Origin: Actinomycetaceae bacterium
GTDB lineage: Bacteria; Actinomycetota; Actinomycetes; Actinomycetales; Actinomycetaceae
Direction of reading: 5' to 3'
Assembly (NCBI GenBank): GCA_030530685.1
Contig: JAUMUM010000009.1
Location: forward strand, 4,465-68,464
Length of the DNA: 64,000 bases
This document shows positions 9,207-19,286 of this stretch, in pieces (the stretch's first letter is position 1; each line of letters begins with the position of its first letter). A model generated the notes under the pieces. It saw only the letters and a list, made by a program, of their open reading frames with translations, made no database searches and was not told where the DNA came from. The translations under genes and the position numbers were made by a program.

Positions 9207-10907
9207 TTGTTCCTTCGTGCGATAATTGCCGGCGTGGAAAAACTTCTGAATCCCCCGGCGCCATCGGACGACGCCGTCCGCATCGTTCCCCTCGGCGGGC
9301 TCGGCGAGGTCGGACGCAACTGCAATGTCCTGGAATACCGATCGAAGATCGTGGTCGTCGACTGCGGCGTGCTCTTCCCTGAGGAAAGCCAGCCCGGAAT
9401 CGACCTCGTCCTTCCCGATTTCAGCTATCTGGAGGAGCGGATCGACGAGATCCAGGCCATCGTGCTCACCCACGGGCACGAAGACCACATCGGCGCCGTG
9501 CCGTACCTGCTCAAGATGCGCGAAGACATACCCATCGTGGGCAGCCAGCTGACGATCTCCTTCGTGGAGGCCAAGCTCGAAGAGCACAAGATCAAGCCGA
9601 ACGTCCACGTGGTCCGCGAGGGCGACGTGGAAACGATCGGCCCCTTCGAGATGGAGTTCATTTCCGTCAACCACTCGATTCCCGACGCTCTGGCGGTCTT
9701 TGTTCGCAGTGCGGAGGGAAACATCCTCATCACCGGCGACTTCAAGATGGACCAGCTCCCGCTCGACGGACGCCTGACGGATCTTCGTGCCTTCGCCCGT
9801 GCGGGCGAAGAGGGAGTCGACCTATTCATGTGCGATTCAACGAACGCCGAGGTTCCCGGATTCGTCCCCTCCGAATCGGAGATCGGCCCCGTCATCGACG
9901 ACGTCTTCGCGCGTGCCGAGGGGCAGATCGTCGTCGCTTCCTTCGCTTCCCACGTCCACCGTGTCCAGCAGGTGCTCGAAGCCGCCAAGCGGCACGACCG
10001 CCGGGTTGCGTTCGTCGGGCGCTCGATGGTCAGGAATATGGCTATCGCCTCGGAGCTCGGCTACCTTGACGTCCCCGAAGGCGTGCTCGTGGACCTGGGC
10101 GACATGAAGTCCCTTCCCGCGTATCAGCGCGTGTACATGTCGACGGGCTCCCAGGGCGAACCCATGGCGGTGCTCGCCCGGATCGCCGCCCAGTCCCACC
10201 CCAAGGTCGCCGTCGGGGCGGGGGATACCGTGCTTTTCGCTTCCTCGCTGATTCCCGGGAACGAAAACTCCGTCTTCCGGCTCATCAACAATCTCATGAA
10301 GTTGGGGGCGAAGGTCGTCCACCAGGGCAATGCCAAGGTGCACGTCTCGGGGCACGCAGCCCAGGGCGAGCTCCTCTACTGCTACAACATCCTCGAGCCC
10401 GCGTATGCGATGCCGATCCACGGCGAGGTCCGCCACCAGGTGGCCAACGGGGGGATTGCGGTGAAGACGGGCGTTGAGCCGGGCAACGTCATACTGGCGG
10501 AGAACGGTTCCGTCATCGACATGCGCGACGGCATCGTCGAGCTCGTGGGGCAGCTGCCGTTCCACAATATCTACGTCGACGGCTCCTCGATCGGCGACAT
10601 CACCGAGTCGGAGCTCAAAGACCGGCGGATCCTGGCCGAAGAGGGTTTTGTCGCGATTTTCGCGGCCGTCAACGCCAAGGAACGCGAGATCGTCACGGGT
10701 CCCCACATTCAGGCGCGCGCCGTGGCCGAGGACGAGTCCGTCTTCGACGAGATCCTGCCCGACGTTTCCCAGGCGCTCCAGGACGCGCTCGACAGAGGGG
10801 CAGACACCTACCAGATGCAGCAGGCCATGCGCCGAGTGATCGGACGGTGGATTTCGCGCAAGCTGCGTCGGGCCCCGATCATCATCCCGACGGTCGTCGA
10901 GGTGTGA
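9207..10907 (+). CDS. rnj: Ribonuclease J (metallo-beta-lactamase / beta-CASP RNase).
   Basis: HGHEDHIGAVPYLL motif and beta-CASP region. Start is uncertain (TTG at 9207 or GTG at 9234). Confidence 0.9.
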   Translation: MFLRAIIAGVEKLLNPPAPSDDAVRIVPLGGLGEVGRNCNVLEYRSKIVVVDCGVLFPEESQPGIDLVLPDFSYLEERIDEIQAIVLTHGHEDHIGAVPYLLKMREDIPIVGSQLTISFVEAKLEEHKIKPNVHVVREGDVETIGPFEMEFISVNHSIPDALAVFVRSAEGNILITGDFKMDQLPLDGRLTDLRAFARAGEEGVDLFMCDSTNAEVPGFVPSESEIGPVIDDVFARAEGQIVVASFASHVHRVQQVLEAAKRHDRRVAFVGRSMVRNMAIASELGYLDVPEGVLVDLGDMKSLPAYQRVYMSTGSQGEPMAVLARIAAQSHPKVAVGAGDTVLFASSLIPGNENSVFRLINNLMKLGAKVVHQGNAKVHVSGHAAQGELLYCYNILEPAYAMPIHGEVRHQVANGGIAVKTGVEPGNVILAENGSVIDMRDGIVELVGQLPFHNIYVDGSSIGDITESELKDRRILAEEGFVAIFAAVNAKEREIVTGPHIQARAVAEDESVFDEILPDVSQALQDALDRGADTYQMQQAMRRVIGRWISRKLRRAPIIIPTVVEV

Positions 10908-11038
10908 TACTGCGGGCCTGACGGGGGTTACAGCAGCCTCCGGGACGCGTGGAAGGGCGACGTCGGCCCCGGCGGATGTCGGGTAAGACGCCGCTCATGT
11001 CACGGTGGCGGGCGTCGCCCCGGCGTCGTCGATACGAT

Positions 11039-11851
11039 ATGGGCATGAACGGTCGACACGACGAGGCCGCCGATAGAATCCGGCGGTGCCTGGGCATGGG
11101 CGGGTGCGACGCCGCCGTCATCCTCGGATCGGGCTGGGGGCCGATGACGGCCAGCTGGCCGGCGCCTACCGCGAGTTGCTCGTACGAGGAGGCGGGGCTG
11201 CGGCCACCGTGCGCCCCGGGGCATGAGGGGCGCCTGAGCCTCATCGAGCATGGCGGCTGCGCGATCCTCGTCTTTTCGGGAAGAACCCACCTCTACGAGG
11301 GGCACGGCCCGCAGGCCGTTGCCCACAATGTGCACGTGGCCTGCCGCCTCGGCGCCCGCCTGCTCGTCCTCACCAATGCCAATGGCAGCCTCGTGCCACA
11401 GTGGCCGCTCGGCCAGATCGTCGCGCTGAGCGACCACCTCAACCTGACGGGCACCTCGCCGCTCGTCGGCGCGAACTTCGTCGACCTGACCGAGGCCTAC
11501 GACGGCGGGCTTCGCGAGGCCTTCGTGCGGGCCGCGAAAGTGCGGGGCGTCGACGTCGCTCAGGGCGTGTATGCCATGCTTCCGGGACCCCACTACGAGT
11601 CCGCCGCGGAGGCTCGCGCGATCCGCGCGCTCGGCGCCGACATCCTGGGCATGTCCACCGTCCTGGAGACCATTGCCGCGAGATCCCTCGGGATGAAGGT
11701 ACTGGCTCTGTCAACGGTCACGGCGCATGAAGCCAGCGGCGAAGACATCGATCCCGACGAGGTCGTGGCCATCGCCGAGACGGAGGCCGGCAAGGTGGGG
11801 CCCGCGCTGCTGGCGACGGTGGTATCCGCCGTGGGCGGCGCGGCCACGTAG
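11039..11851 (+). CDS. punA: Purine nucleoside phosphorylase (PNP/MTAP family I).
   Basis: GRTHLYEG and LGADILGMSTV(L)E motifs. Start chosen at MGMNGR; the ORF opens at 10949. Confidence 0.8.
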   Translation: MGMNGRHDEAADRIRRCLGMGGCDAAVILGSGWGPMTASWPAPTASCSYEEAGLRPPCAPGHEGRLSLIEHGGCAILVFSGRTHLYEGHGPQAVAHNVHVACRLGARLLVLTNANGSLVPQWPLGQIVALSDHLNLTGTSPLVGANFVDLTEAYDGGLREAFVRAAKVRGVDVAQGVYAMLPGPHYESAAEARAIRALGADILGMSTVLETIAARSLGMKVLALSTVTAHEASGEDIDPDEVVAIAETEAGKVGPALLATVVSAVGGAAT

Positions 11852-12142
11852 CGGCGCTGTGCCGAGTGCCCGGCATGGCGACCAGGCCGGCCGGCAAAGC
11901 GACTAGGCGGCCCGACCGAGTGACCTCGCGCCAAGTCCGAACGACCGGGCACCCAGCCGAACGACCGAGGCGCCAAGCCCGCGCCGGCTGAGGAAGTGAG
12001 CGCTGCCGGGCAGGCGCCGTCGCGCCCTCCGTCGCGGCTAACTGTCCAGACAGGCAGAATCGCGCGCCAAAGTCGTCGGTTGTGGCCGAATGCTCGCGCG
12101 TGAAACCGGCGTCGGGCGAAGAAAAGCACTAGGGTTCGTTGT

Positions 12143-14647
12143 GTGTCCCCTCGAGTACCGAAAGATGGCGCCAAGAAGGCGCGGCCTCAGAAGAATGACC
12201 AGCCGAAAGGGCAGGACAGCTCGGGCGTGCGCCGTGACGGCATCGCCCTGACCTTCCTCGGCGTGGCGATCGTCGTGGCGCTGCGCGAATGGTTCGGACT
12301 GTCTGGTTTGCTCGGCGGTGTCATACACCATTCCACGGCGGGTCTGGTCGGCCTGCTGTCCTTCCTTGTCCCGGCGATCTTCATCGGCCTGGCGATTAAG
12401 TTTTTCCGCGCGTCCACCCAGGAGACGAATCGCCGTTTCCTCGTGGGCGTTGGCCTCATCGCGCTGGCACTGACCGGCATCCTTCACATCCTTCGGGCTC
12501 CGGGCAACCCCAGGGATGACTTCCCGTCCGTTGAGGCCGCCGGAGGCCTCGTCGGCTGGGTGACGGGTGGCGCTCTGGAGATGCTGCTATCCGCGTGGGC
12601 CGCGATTCCCCTGCTCATCTTCCTCTTCATTTTCGCGGTCCTCCTCATGACCAACACGACGCTGCGGGAGGTCATCGGCAAGATCCGCGACCTCCGTCGC
12701 GCCGACGACGACGAGTCTGACCTTCCCCTCGGCGCGGGATCGTCGATGTCGATTCCCTACGAGCAGGCGGCGCAGGTCGAAGGCGAGTCCAAGGTCTCCC
12801 GGCTGCTTCCCCGCCGGAAGCGCGAGGTCCCCCAGCCCACCGAGATCATGCCGGTCGGCGGCGAGATCCCGGGCGAAGCGGGCGAGCCCCGCACACCCGG
12901 CGGTGGCTCCAACGGCAGGACGGAGGTTCTCGACGGCATCGGACCGAGGGCGGCGTCGTCCTCCGCTCCGCCAACGGGAACCCAGGCGCCGATCGAGGGG
13001 ACCGAACCCGTCTCGCGCCCCGCTCCCGACATCGACTTCGACGACGTCAAGGGCCAGCAGCTCGCGCTCAACCCCGACGTCACGTACACGCTTCCGGGCC
13101 TGAGCATGCTCAAGGAAGGCGAGCCCCACAAGGAGCGCACTCAGGCCAATGAGGCCGTCGTCTCCCAGCTCACCCAGGTCTTCTCCGACTTCTCCATCGA
13201 CGCCAAGGTCGTCGGGTTCTCCCGCGGCCCCACCGTCACGCAGTACGAGGTCGAGCTCGGCCCCGGCGTCAAGGTCCAGCGCATCACCGCCCTGTCCAAT
13301 AACATCGCCTATGCCGTCGCATCTGCCGACGTGCGCATCCTCTCGCCGATCCCCGGCAAGTCCGCGATTGGCATCGAGATCCCGAATGCCGATCGCGAGA
13401 CCGTCATGCTCGGAGATGTCCTGCGCTCGCCCGTCGCCCAGAAGGCGGACCACCCCCTCGTCGTGGGCGTCGGCAAGAATGTGCGCGGACAGTTCGTCGT
13501 GGCGAACCTGGCGAAGATGCCCCACCTGCTCGTGGCTGGCGCCACGGGGGCCGGTAAGTCCTCGTTCGTCAACTCGATGATCACATCCATCATGATGCGG
13601 GCGACCCCCGACGAGGTGAGGATGATCCTCGTCGACCCCAAGCGCGTCGAGCTGACGATCTACGCCGGGATCCCGCACCTCGTCACGCCGATCATCACGA
13701 ACCCCAAGAAGGCCGCGGAGGCCCTCGAGTGGGTCGTCGAGGAAATGGACCGGCGGTACGATGATATGGCGGCCTACCACTTCAAGCACATCAACGACTT
13801 CAACACCGCCGTGCGCGACGGAACGCTCCAGGCGCACGACCCCGGGCGCACGCTCACGCCCTACCCGTACCTACTCGTGGTCGTCGACGAGCTCGCGGAC
13901 CTCATGATGGTCGCCCCGCGCGACGTCGAGGCCTCCATCCAGCGCATCACCCAGCTCGCGCGCGCAGCGGGCATTCACCTCGTCCTGGCCACCCAGCGGC
14001 CCTCCGTCGACGTCGTCACTGGTCTGATCAAGGCAAATATTCCCTCGCGCCTGGCGTTCATGACGTCGGCGCTGGCGGACTCCAAGACGATTCTCGACCA
14101 GTCGGGCGCGGAGAAGCTCATCGGCCAGGGCGACGCACTCTTCGTGCCGCAGGGCGCCTCCAAGCCGATCCGCCTCCAGGGAGCCTGGGTCGATGAGGAG
14201 GAGATCGAGCGTGTCGTCTCCCACGTCAAGTCGCAGCTCGACCCCGTCTACCGCGAGGACTTCGCCCAGGTCCAGGAACAGAAGAAGCAGCGTGAGGAGA
14301 TTGGCGAGGACCTCGAAGTCCTCCTCCAGGCCGCCGATCTCGTTGTGACGACCCAGTTCGGATCGACGTCGATGCTCCAGCGCAAGCTGCGCATCGGATT
14401 CGCCAAGGCCGGGCGCATGATGGACCTGCTCGAACAGTACGAGATCGTCGGGCCGTCCGAGGGCTCCAAGGCGCGCGACGTCCTCGTCTCGCCCGAGCAC
14501 CTCGATGCCGCCCTGGCCATGCTGCGGGGCGAGCGTGAGTCGATCTTTGAGGATGCGGCCGGCGGGCAAGCCACCGACCACATCGACTATTCCGCAGACG
14601 ATGACGACTCCGGTTCCGAGGACGCCTGGCAGCTGACGGGACGCTGA
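12143..14647 (+). CDS. ftsK: DNA translocase FtsK/SpoIIIE.
   Basis: N-terminal TM segments, Walker A GATGAGKSS, and a C-terminal winged-helix gamma domain (LQRKLRIGFAKAGRMMD). Confidence 0.9.
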   Translation: MSPRVPKDGAKKARPQKNDQPKGQDSSGVRRDGIALTFLGVAIVVALREWFGLSGLLGGVIHHSTAGLVGLLSFLVPAIFIGLAIKFFRASTQETNRRFLVGVGLIALALTGILHILRAPGNPRDDFPSVEAAGGLVGWVTGGALEMLLSAWAAIPLLIFLFIFAVLLMTNTTLREVIGKIRDLRRADDDESDLPLGAGSSMSIPYEQAAQVEGESKVSRLLPRRKREVPQPTEIMPVGGEIPGEAGEPRTPGGGSNGRTEVLDGIGPRAASSSAPPTGTQAPIEGTEPVSRPAPDIDFDDVKGQQLALNPDVTYTLPGLSMLKEGEPHKERTQANEAVVSQLTQVFSDFSIDAKVVGFSRGPTVTQYEVELGPGVKVQRITALSNNIAYAVASADVRILSPIPGKSAIGIEIPNADRETVMLGDVLRSPVAQKADHPLVVGVGKNVRGQFVVANLAKMPHLLVAGATGAGKSSFVNSMITSIMMRATPDEVRMILVDPKRVELTIYAGIPHLVTPIITNPKKAAEALEWVVEEMDRRYDDMAAYHFKHINDFNTAVRDGTLQAHDPGRTLTPYPYLLVVVDELADLMMVAPRDVEASIQRITQLARAAGIHLVLATQRPSVDVVTGLIKANIPSRLAFMTSALADSKTILDQSGAEKLIGQGDALFVPQGASKPIRLQGAWVDEEEIERVVSHVKSQLDPVYREDFAQVQEQKKQREEIGEDLEVLLQAADLVVTTQFGSTSMLQRKLRIGFAKAGRMMDLLEQYEIVGPSEGSKARDVLVSPEHLDAALAMLRGERESIFEDAAGGQATDHIDYSADDDDSGSEDAWQLTGR

Positions 14648-14729
14648 TTGCGGCTGACGGGACCCTGCGCCGCCGGCCAGCTAGCGTCGCTCATGACCCG
14701 GCCCGCCGGGTTGCTCGTGACCCGGCCAG

Positions 14730-15962
14730 CTAGCGCCGCTCCTGTTCGACGAGCCTTCCTCCGGAGCTCGGAGGGGACGTGCGCTCGCTCGACCCGTCGG
14801 CAGTCATCGTCGGATAGATCGCGTCGGCCCTGCCCTGTATTGCGGCCGGCGTCAGGCTCGTACCCCGCGGCACCTGCCCGTCCATGAGCTTGGAGAGTTC
14901 GAATAGGCGGTAGGTGCCTACGTCCTGCGTGATAGCGGTCCATTCGAGATTGCTCACCCTGGCGTCGCCGCTCGGCGAGACGTCGACGGTGGCGGTCGTC
15001 ACGAGGCCGGTGAGCACACCGTATCCCTGGCCGTCGACCGTCTGACCAGAGATCGTGTTCCCCATGGACCAGACGACCCACATGCCATCGCCTCCCGGCC
15101 CGCCGTCGAGCTTGGTCACGGGCTCGGCCACATGCGAGTGGTTGCCGAAGACGAGGTCGACGACGCCGGACTCATCCAGCTGCTGACCGATCTCCGTCTG
15201 CTCTTCAGTCGGCTCAGTGACATACTCGGTGCCCCAGTGCATGGAGACGACGACGAGGTCCGCCCCACCGTCCCGTGCGCGCTTGGCGTCGGCGATGAGG
15301 TCGTCCACCTCGCGATGCCCCTGCGGCCCCACGACGTTCCACGACCATTGCTTGCCGCTGGGGTGGGCCATGCCATTGGTGAGTGTCGAGGCCGACAGGT
15401 GTGCGACGACAACCTGCTGTCCCCCGGATTCCACCGTGTAGTACTGAATGGCGCGCGACTCGTCCTCCGTCCGCGCGGTGCCGTGATGGCCCAGGCCGAC
15501 CCTCTCGAAGTTGTCGATGGTCGATTCCACGCCGTCGAAGCCGCGATCCATCGTGTGGTTCGTGGCCAGCGCGCACCCGTCCCACCCCATGGCCTTCAAC
15601 GAGTCGGCTATTTCAGGGGGAGACCCGAGGGCGGGGTAGTTGGAAGGTTCCTCTCCCGGTGGGACTATCGGTACCTCGAGGGAACACAGGGCGAGGTCAG
15701 CCTGTTCGATCCACGGGCTTATCGGCTCGAAGAGCGTCGTGTAATCGTATGTCTGGCCCACCCTGGCGAACTCGTTGACCGAGAGGTGGAGGAGGATGTC
15801 TCCGCTGGAGACGATCGTGAACTGGGAAGGCTGGCCCGTTTCCTCAGTTGAGGCCGAGGGTTTCGGGTCCACCGTGTCGTTTCTATATGAGGGGAAGGGC
15901 AGTGCTGCGACGAGTATGGCTGTCGTGGCAGTCACCAACACCGCCTTGGTCCGCAGACGCAT
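14730..15962 (-). CDS. CapA/PgsA-family (poly-gamma-glutamate synthesis-like) metallophosphatase, secreted.
   Basis: N-terminal signal/TM segment. Calcineurin-like motifs (GDILLH, NHTMD, GNHSHV) are typical of the CapA family. Confidence 0.7.
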   Translation of the reverse strand: MRLRTKAVLVTATTAILVAALPFPSYRNDTVDPKPSASTEETGQPSQFTIVSSGDILLHLSVNEFARVGQTYDYTTLFEPISPWIEQADLALCSLEVPIVPPGEEPSNYPALGSPPEIADSLKAMGWDGCALATNHTMDRGFDGVESTIDNFERVGLGHHGTARTEDESRAIQYYTVESGGQQVVVAHLSASTLTNGMAHPSGKQWSWNVVGPQGHREVDDLIADAKRARDGGADLVVVSMHWGTEYVTEPTEEQTEIGQQLDESGVVDLVFGNHSHVAEPVTKLDGGPGGDGMWVVWSMGNTISGQTVDGQGYGVLTGLVTTATVDVSPSGDARVSNLEWTAITQDVGTYRLFELSKLMDGQVPRGTSLTPAAIQGRADAIYPTMTADGSSERTSPPSSGGRLVEQERR

Positions 15963-16047
15963 CGTTGCTCCGTTCTGGTCGGTGACAACCTGACACTACA
16001 TGGTCCAAGACTCGGCGCGGTCGCCGAAGCGCCGGTAGTCTGAGGGC

Positions 16048-16638
16048 GTGAGTACCAGCAACGGGGGAGAGGCAGACGCCCCCCTTTTCAATGTCGCCAA
16101 CATTCTGACGATCATCCGTCTCCTCCTCGTTCCGGTGTTCGTGGCGGTCTACTGGCAGGATTCGCCGGGCCGCGCGGCTTGGGCGTGGTTCGTCTTCGCG
16201 CTGGCGGCTGTCACGGATAAGGCCGATGGCTACCTGGCGCGCAGCCGGAACCTCATCACCGACTTCGGTAAGCTGGCGGACTCGATCGCCGACAAGGCGC
16301 TCATCTCCGCCGCTCTCATCATGCTGTCGTGGCACGGGCACCTGTGGTGGTGGGTGAGCATCGTCATGATCGGACGCGAGCTGGTCATCACGGGCATGAG
16401 GATGACCGTCGCGAAGAAGAAGGTCATGGCGGCCGGCCGCGGCGGCAAGATCAAAATGGTCTTCCAGTCCTTCGGCATCGCCGGCCTTCTCATTCCGTGG
16501 GCCTCCTTCCTGCCGTCGGCGCTGGCCACGGCGCTCGTGTGGATCTCCTACGCCTTCCTAGCGATCGCGATGTACCACTCGCTCGTCTCCGCGGTCGAGT
16601 ACGCGCGGGAAGCCTCCCGCATCGCGCGTGAGGATTGA
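16048..16638 (+). CDS. pgsA: CDP-diacylglycerol--glycerol-3-phosphate 3-phosphatidyltransferase.
   Basis: CDP-alcohol phosphatidyltransferase motif DGYLARS...G...D...D, with multiple TM helices. Confidence 0.85.
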   Translation: MSTSNGGEADAPLFNVANILTIIRLLLVPVFVAVYWQDSPGRAAWAWFVFALAAVTDKADGYLARSRNLITDFGKLADSIADKALISAALIMLSWHGHLWWWVSIVMIGRELVITGMRMTVAKKKVMAAGRGGKIKMVFQSFGIAGLLIPWASFLPSALATALVWISYAFLAIAMYHSLVSAVEYAREASRIARED

Positions 16639-17140
16639 TCCGGTGGCTCGCGACGCGTTTTCGCTCATCGCCGAGCTGAGAAGGCGCCGCCTGGGCATTG
16701 CGTGCGCCGAGTCGCTTACCGGGGGACTGCTGGCCAACGCCTTCGTCGAGGTACCCGGAGCCTCCGCCGTCTTCCGTGGAGGCGCAGTCTGCTACGCGAC
16801 GGACACCAAGGCGAGCGTGCTCGGCGTCGACGCCCGCCTCCTCGCCAGCCGAGGCCCCGTGGACCGCGAGGTCGCCCTGGGGATGGCCCTCGGGGCGCTG
16901 CGTCTGTACCGGGCCGACGTTGCACTGGCGACGACGGGCGTGGCGGGCCCTGGAAGCGCCGACGGGCACGCGGCCGGTACCGTGTGGGTGGCAGTGGCGG
17001 GTGTGCTCGGACAATCGGCGCGCCTGCTGTGCATTGACGGTGGCAGACCCGATGTGCGGGCCGGCGCCGTAGCGGGGGCAATCGAGCTGCTTGCCGTGGC
17101 CCTTGACGGGCAGGCGCCACGGTCTTCGGCGGGTGAATAA
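16628..17140 (+). CDS. cinA: CinA C-terminal domain protein (NMN amidohydrolase PncC-like).
   Basis: AESLTGGLLANAFVEVPGASAVFRGGAVCY motif. It overlaps the pgsA stop. The pgsA-cinA-clgR-recA order is conserved. Confidence 0.8.
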   Translation: MRIDPVARDAFSLIAELRRRRLGIACAESLTGGLLANAFVEVPGASAVFRGGAVCYATDTKASVLGVDARLLASRGPVDREVALGMALGALRLYRADVALATTGVAGPGSADGHAAGTVWVAVAGVLGQSARLLCIDGGRPDVRAGAVAGAIELLAVALDGQAPRSSAGE

Positions 17141-17393
17141 CAGCCTGCCGGCACCGTTCGGGCGCCGAAGGAGCGTCGTACGAACACCGCATGACCGGGC
17201 GAGGCGCAGCCGGATTTGGGAAGGGTAGCCGCCATGCCCGATGTCATACTCTAAGTTGACTGCCTCCAGATAAATCTCAGATACGGTTGTTAGACATGGG
17301 CGTGTCGATACAGCGGCACACCGGTCCGGCGAGCGGAGACGACGATGGCCGGGAACAAATTCAAGTCTGCACTCGTTGTTTAAGGTGATGAGC

Positions 17394-17792
17394 ATGGAAC
17401 TACGTACCGGCGTCAACCGGAAGTTCGATCAGACGACCCGACCGATGCAACCCACCAACCTTGCGCAGGGTGAACAGCTACTCCTGCGCCGCGAACTGGG
17501 CGAAGTGCTGCGCGAATACCGCCAGCGCCAGGGCCGGACTCTTCGCGAGGTCTCCTCGGATGCCCGCGTGTCGCTCGGTTACCTATCCGAGGTCGAGCGG
17601 GGCCAGAAGGAGGCGTCATCGGAGCTTCTGGCTTCCATCTGCAAGGCCCTCAACGTTCCTCTCAGCCATGTGCTGCGCCTGGTGGCCGACCGGATTGACC
17701 TAGCCGAGGGCAAGGTGCCCGCGCATATGCGCATTCCCGATTCCGTGCCCGAGTCCATGGTTCGTGCCGAGATGCAGCGTGCGCGAATCTGA
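17394..17792 (+). CDS. clgR: XRE-family HTH transcriptional regulator, ClgR-like.
   Basis: The HTH motif ([38 protein letters not shown]) resembles ClgR of mycobacteria and Streptomyces. SD AAGGTG 7 nt before ATG 17394. Confidence 0.7.
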   Translation: MELRTGVNRKFDQTTRPMQPTNLAQGEQLLLRRELGEVLREYRQRQGRTLREVSSDARVSLGYLSEVERGQKEASSELLASICKALNVPLSHVLRLVADRIDLAEGKVPAHMRIPDSVPESMVRAEMQRARI

Positions 17793-18018
17793 GTTCTGGG
17801 CCAACCTCGATCGGGTCTATCCCAGCGGACGTGGGCGCAGCATCGCCCAGGATCTGGTTCTCTCCGATCTCGAAGGCTTGAGTCCGGCGCAAGCCTTGGA
17901 TGACGGCATGGCGCCGCAACGCGTCTGGGATGCTCTATGCGCCTCCATGGATCTTCCTGACTCCTATCGTTTTCTCCATCGCCTCAAACCGTCGGCCGGC
18001 CAGTCTACGACTGGCTAA
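17779..18018 (+). CDS. DUF3046-family small protein, a conserved recA neighbour.
   Basis: EFW...VLSDLEG.S...A...G...[12 protein letters not shown] pattern typical of DUF3046. The GTG start overlaps the clgR end. Confidence 0.6.
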   Translation: MRESEFWANLDRVYPSGRGRSIAQDLVLSDLEGLSPAQALDDGMAPQRVWDALCASMDLPDSYRFLHRLKPSAGQSTTG

Positions 18019-18127
18019 CCGGATACGCTCCGGGCCGGACTTTCCTCGAACGTCCGTGCGGTGTACTGTGGTCCACAGGTCACGCGAGCGGCCTACTTTT
18101 CACCAGGATGAAAAGTGGGTCGCTTTT

Positions 18128-18150
18128 TTGTCGGAGGTCGGACATAGCGT
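18128..18150 (+). promoter_or_regulatory. Putative RecA-NDp (PafBC-dependent) promoter: TTGTCGGAG, 8 nt, TAGCGT.
   Basis: It matches the TGTC(A/G)GTG-N8-TAnnnT motif with one mismatch and lies 81 nt upstream of the recA ATG. Confidence 0.45.
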
Positions 18151-18230
18151 TGATCGCGGATAGCCGCTCGGAGAGGGCGGGCTCCGCACAGACCTGTTCT
18201 GTACGTCTTACGAGGAAAGGGAATACAACG

Positions 18231-19286
18231 ATGGCAGCGAAAGCCGAAAATCGGGCCAAGGCACTGGACGCGGCGCTCTCTCAAATTGATCGCCAGTTCG
18301 GCAAAGGCTCAGTCATGCGGCTGGGCGATCACGTCCAGGCCAAAGTACAGGTCATACCCACGGGTGCCACGTCGCTCGATATCGCCCTCGGCGTCGGGGG
18401 GCTTCCGCGCGGGCGTGTTGTGGAGGTCTATGGGCCGGAGTCGTCGGGCAAAACCACCGTCGCCCTGCACGCCGTGGCCAACGCTCAACGCAACGGGGGC
18501 ATAGCAGCCTTCGTCGACGCCGAACATGCCCTCGATCCCGAGTACGCGAAAAAGCTGGGTGTGGACACAGACTCCCTCATCGTCTCGCAGCCGGATACGG
18601 GCGAGCAGGCCCTCGAGATCACCGACATGCTCATCCGCTCCGGCGCCCTCGACATCATCGTCATCGACTCCGTTGCGGCGCTCGTTCCCAAGGCTGAAAT
18701 CGAGGGCGAGATGGGCGATTCCCATGTTGGCCTCCAGGCCCGGCTCATGAGCCAGGCACTGCGCAAGATCACGGGCGCTCTTTCCGCCTCAGGGACCACG
18801 GCCATCTTCATCAACCAGTTGCGCGAGAAGATCGGCGTCTTCTTCGGCAATCCCGAGACCACGACCGGTGGCAAGGCGCTGAAGTTCTACGCTTCGGTCC
18901 GCTTGGACGTGCGTCGCATCGAAACACTGAAGGAGGGCAGCGAGCCGGTCGGCAACCGCACCCGCGTCAAGGTGGTCAAGAACAAGATGGCCCCGCCCTT
19001 CAAGCAGGCGGAGTTCGACATTCTCTACGGCCATGGCATTTCCCGCGAGGGCTGCATCCTTGACATGGGCGTGGATGCGGGCATCGTACGAAAGTCTGGC
19101 GCATGGTACACCTACGAGGGCGATCAGCTCGGTCAGGGCAAGGAAAAGGCCCGTCACTTCCTGCGGGACAATCCGGAGATGGCGGATGAGATCGAGAAGA
19201 AGATCCTCATCAAGGTTGGCGTTGCTACGGATCCGGCCTCAGAAGAACAGGCGGCAGGGGATGGCAAAGAGGATCCCGAGTTCTGA
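18231..19286 (+). CDS. recA: Recombinase RecA (no intein).
   Basis: 352 aa with Walker [21 protein letters not shown]. Confidence 0.97.
   Translation: MAAKAENRAKALDAALSQIDRQFGKGSVMRLGDHVQAKVQVIPTGATSLDIALGVGGLPRGRVVEVYGPESSGKTTVALHAVANAQRNGGIAAFVDAEHALDPEYAKKLGVDTDSLIVSQPDTGEQALEITDMLIRSGALDIIVIDSVAALVPKAEIEGEMGDSHVGLQARLMSQALRKITGALSASGTTAIFINQLREKIGVFFGNPETTTGGKALKFYASVRLDVRRIETLKEGSEPVGNRTRVKVVKNKMAPPFKQAEFDILYGHGISREGCILDMGVDAGIVRKSGAWYTYEGDQLGQGKEKARHFLRDNPEMADEIEKKILIKVGVATDPASEEQAAGDGKEDPEF

Noticed and set aside
18046-18061. TCGAACGTCCGTGCGG as a LexA box for recA.
   Set aside because: The second half-site is GTGC rather than GTTC. It is kept only as a weak candidate inside the recA finding.
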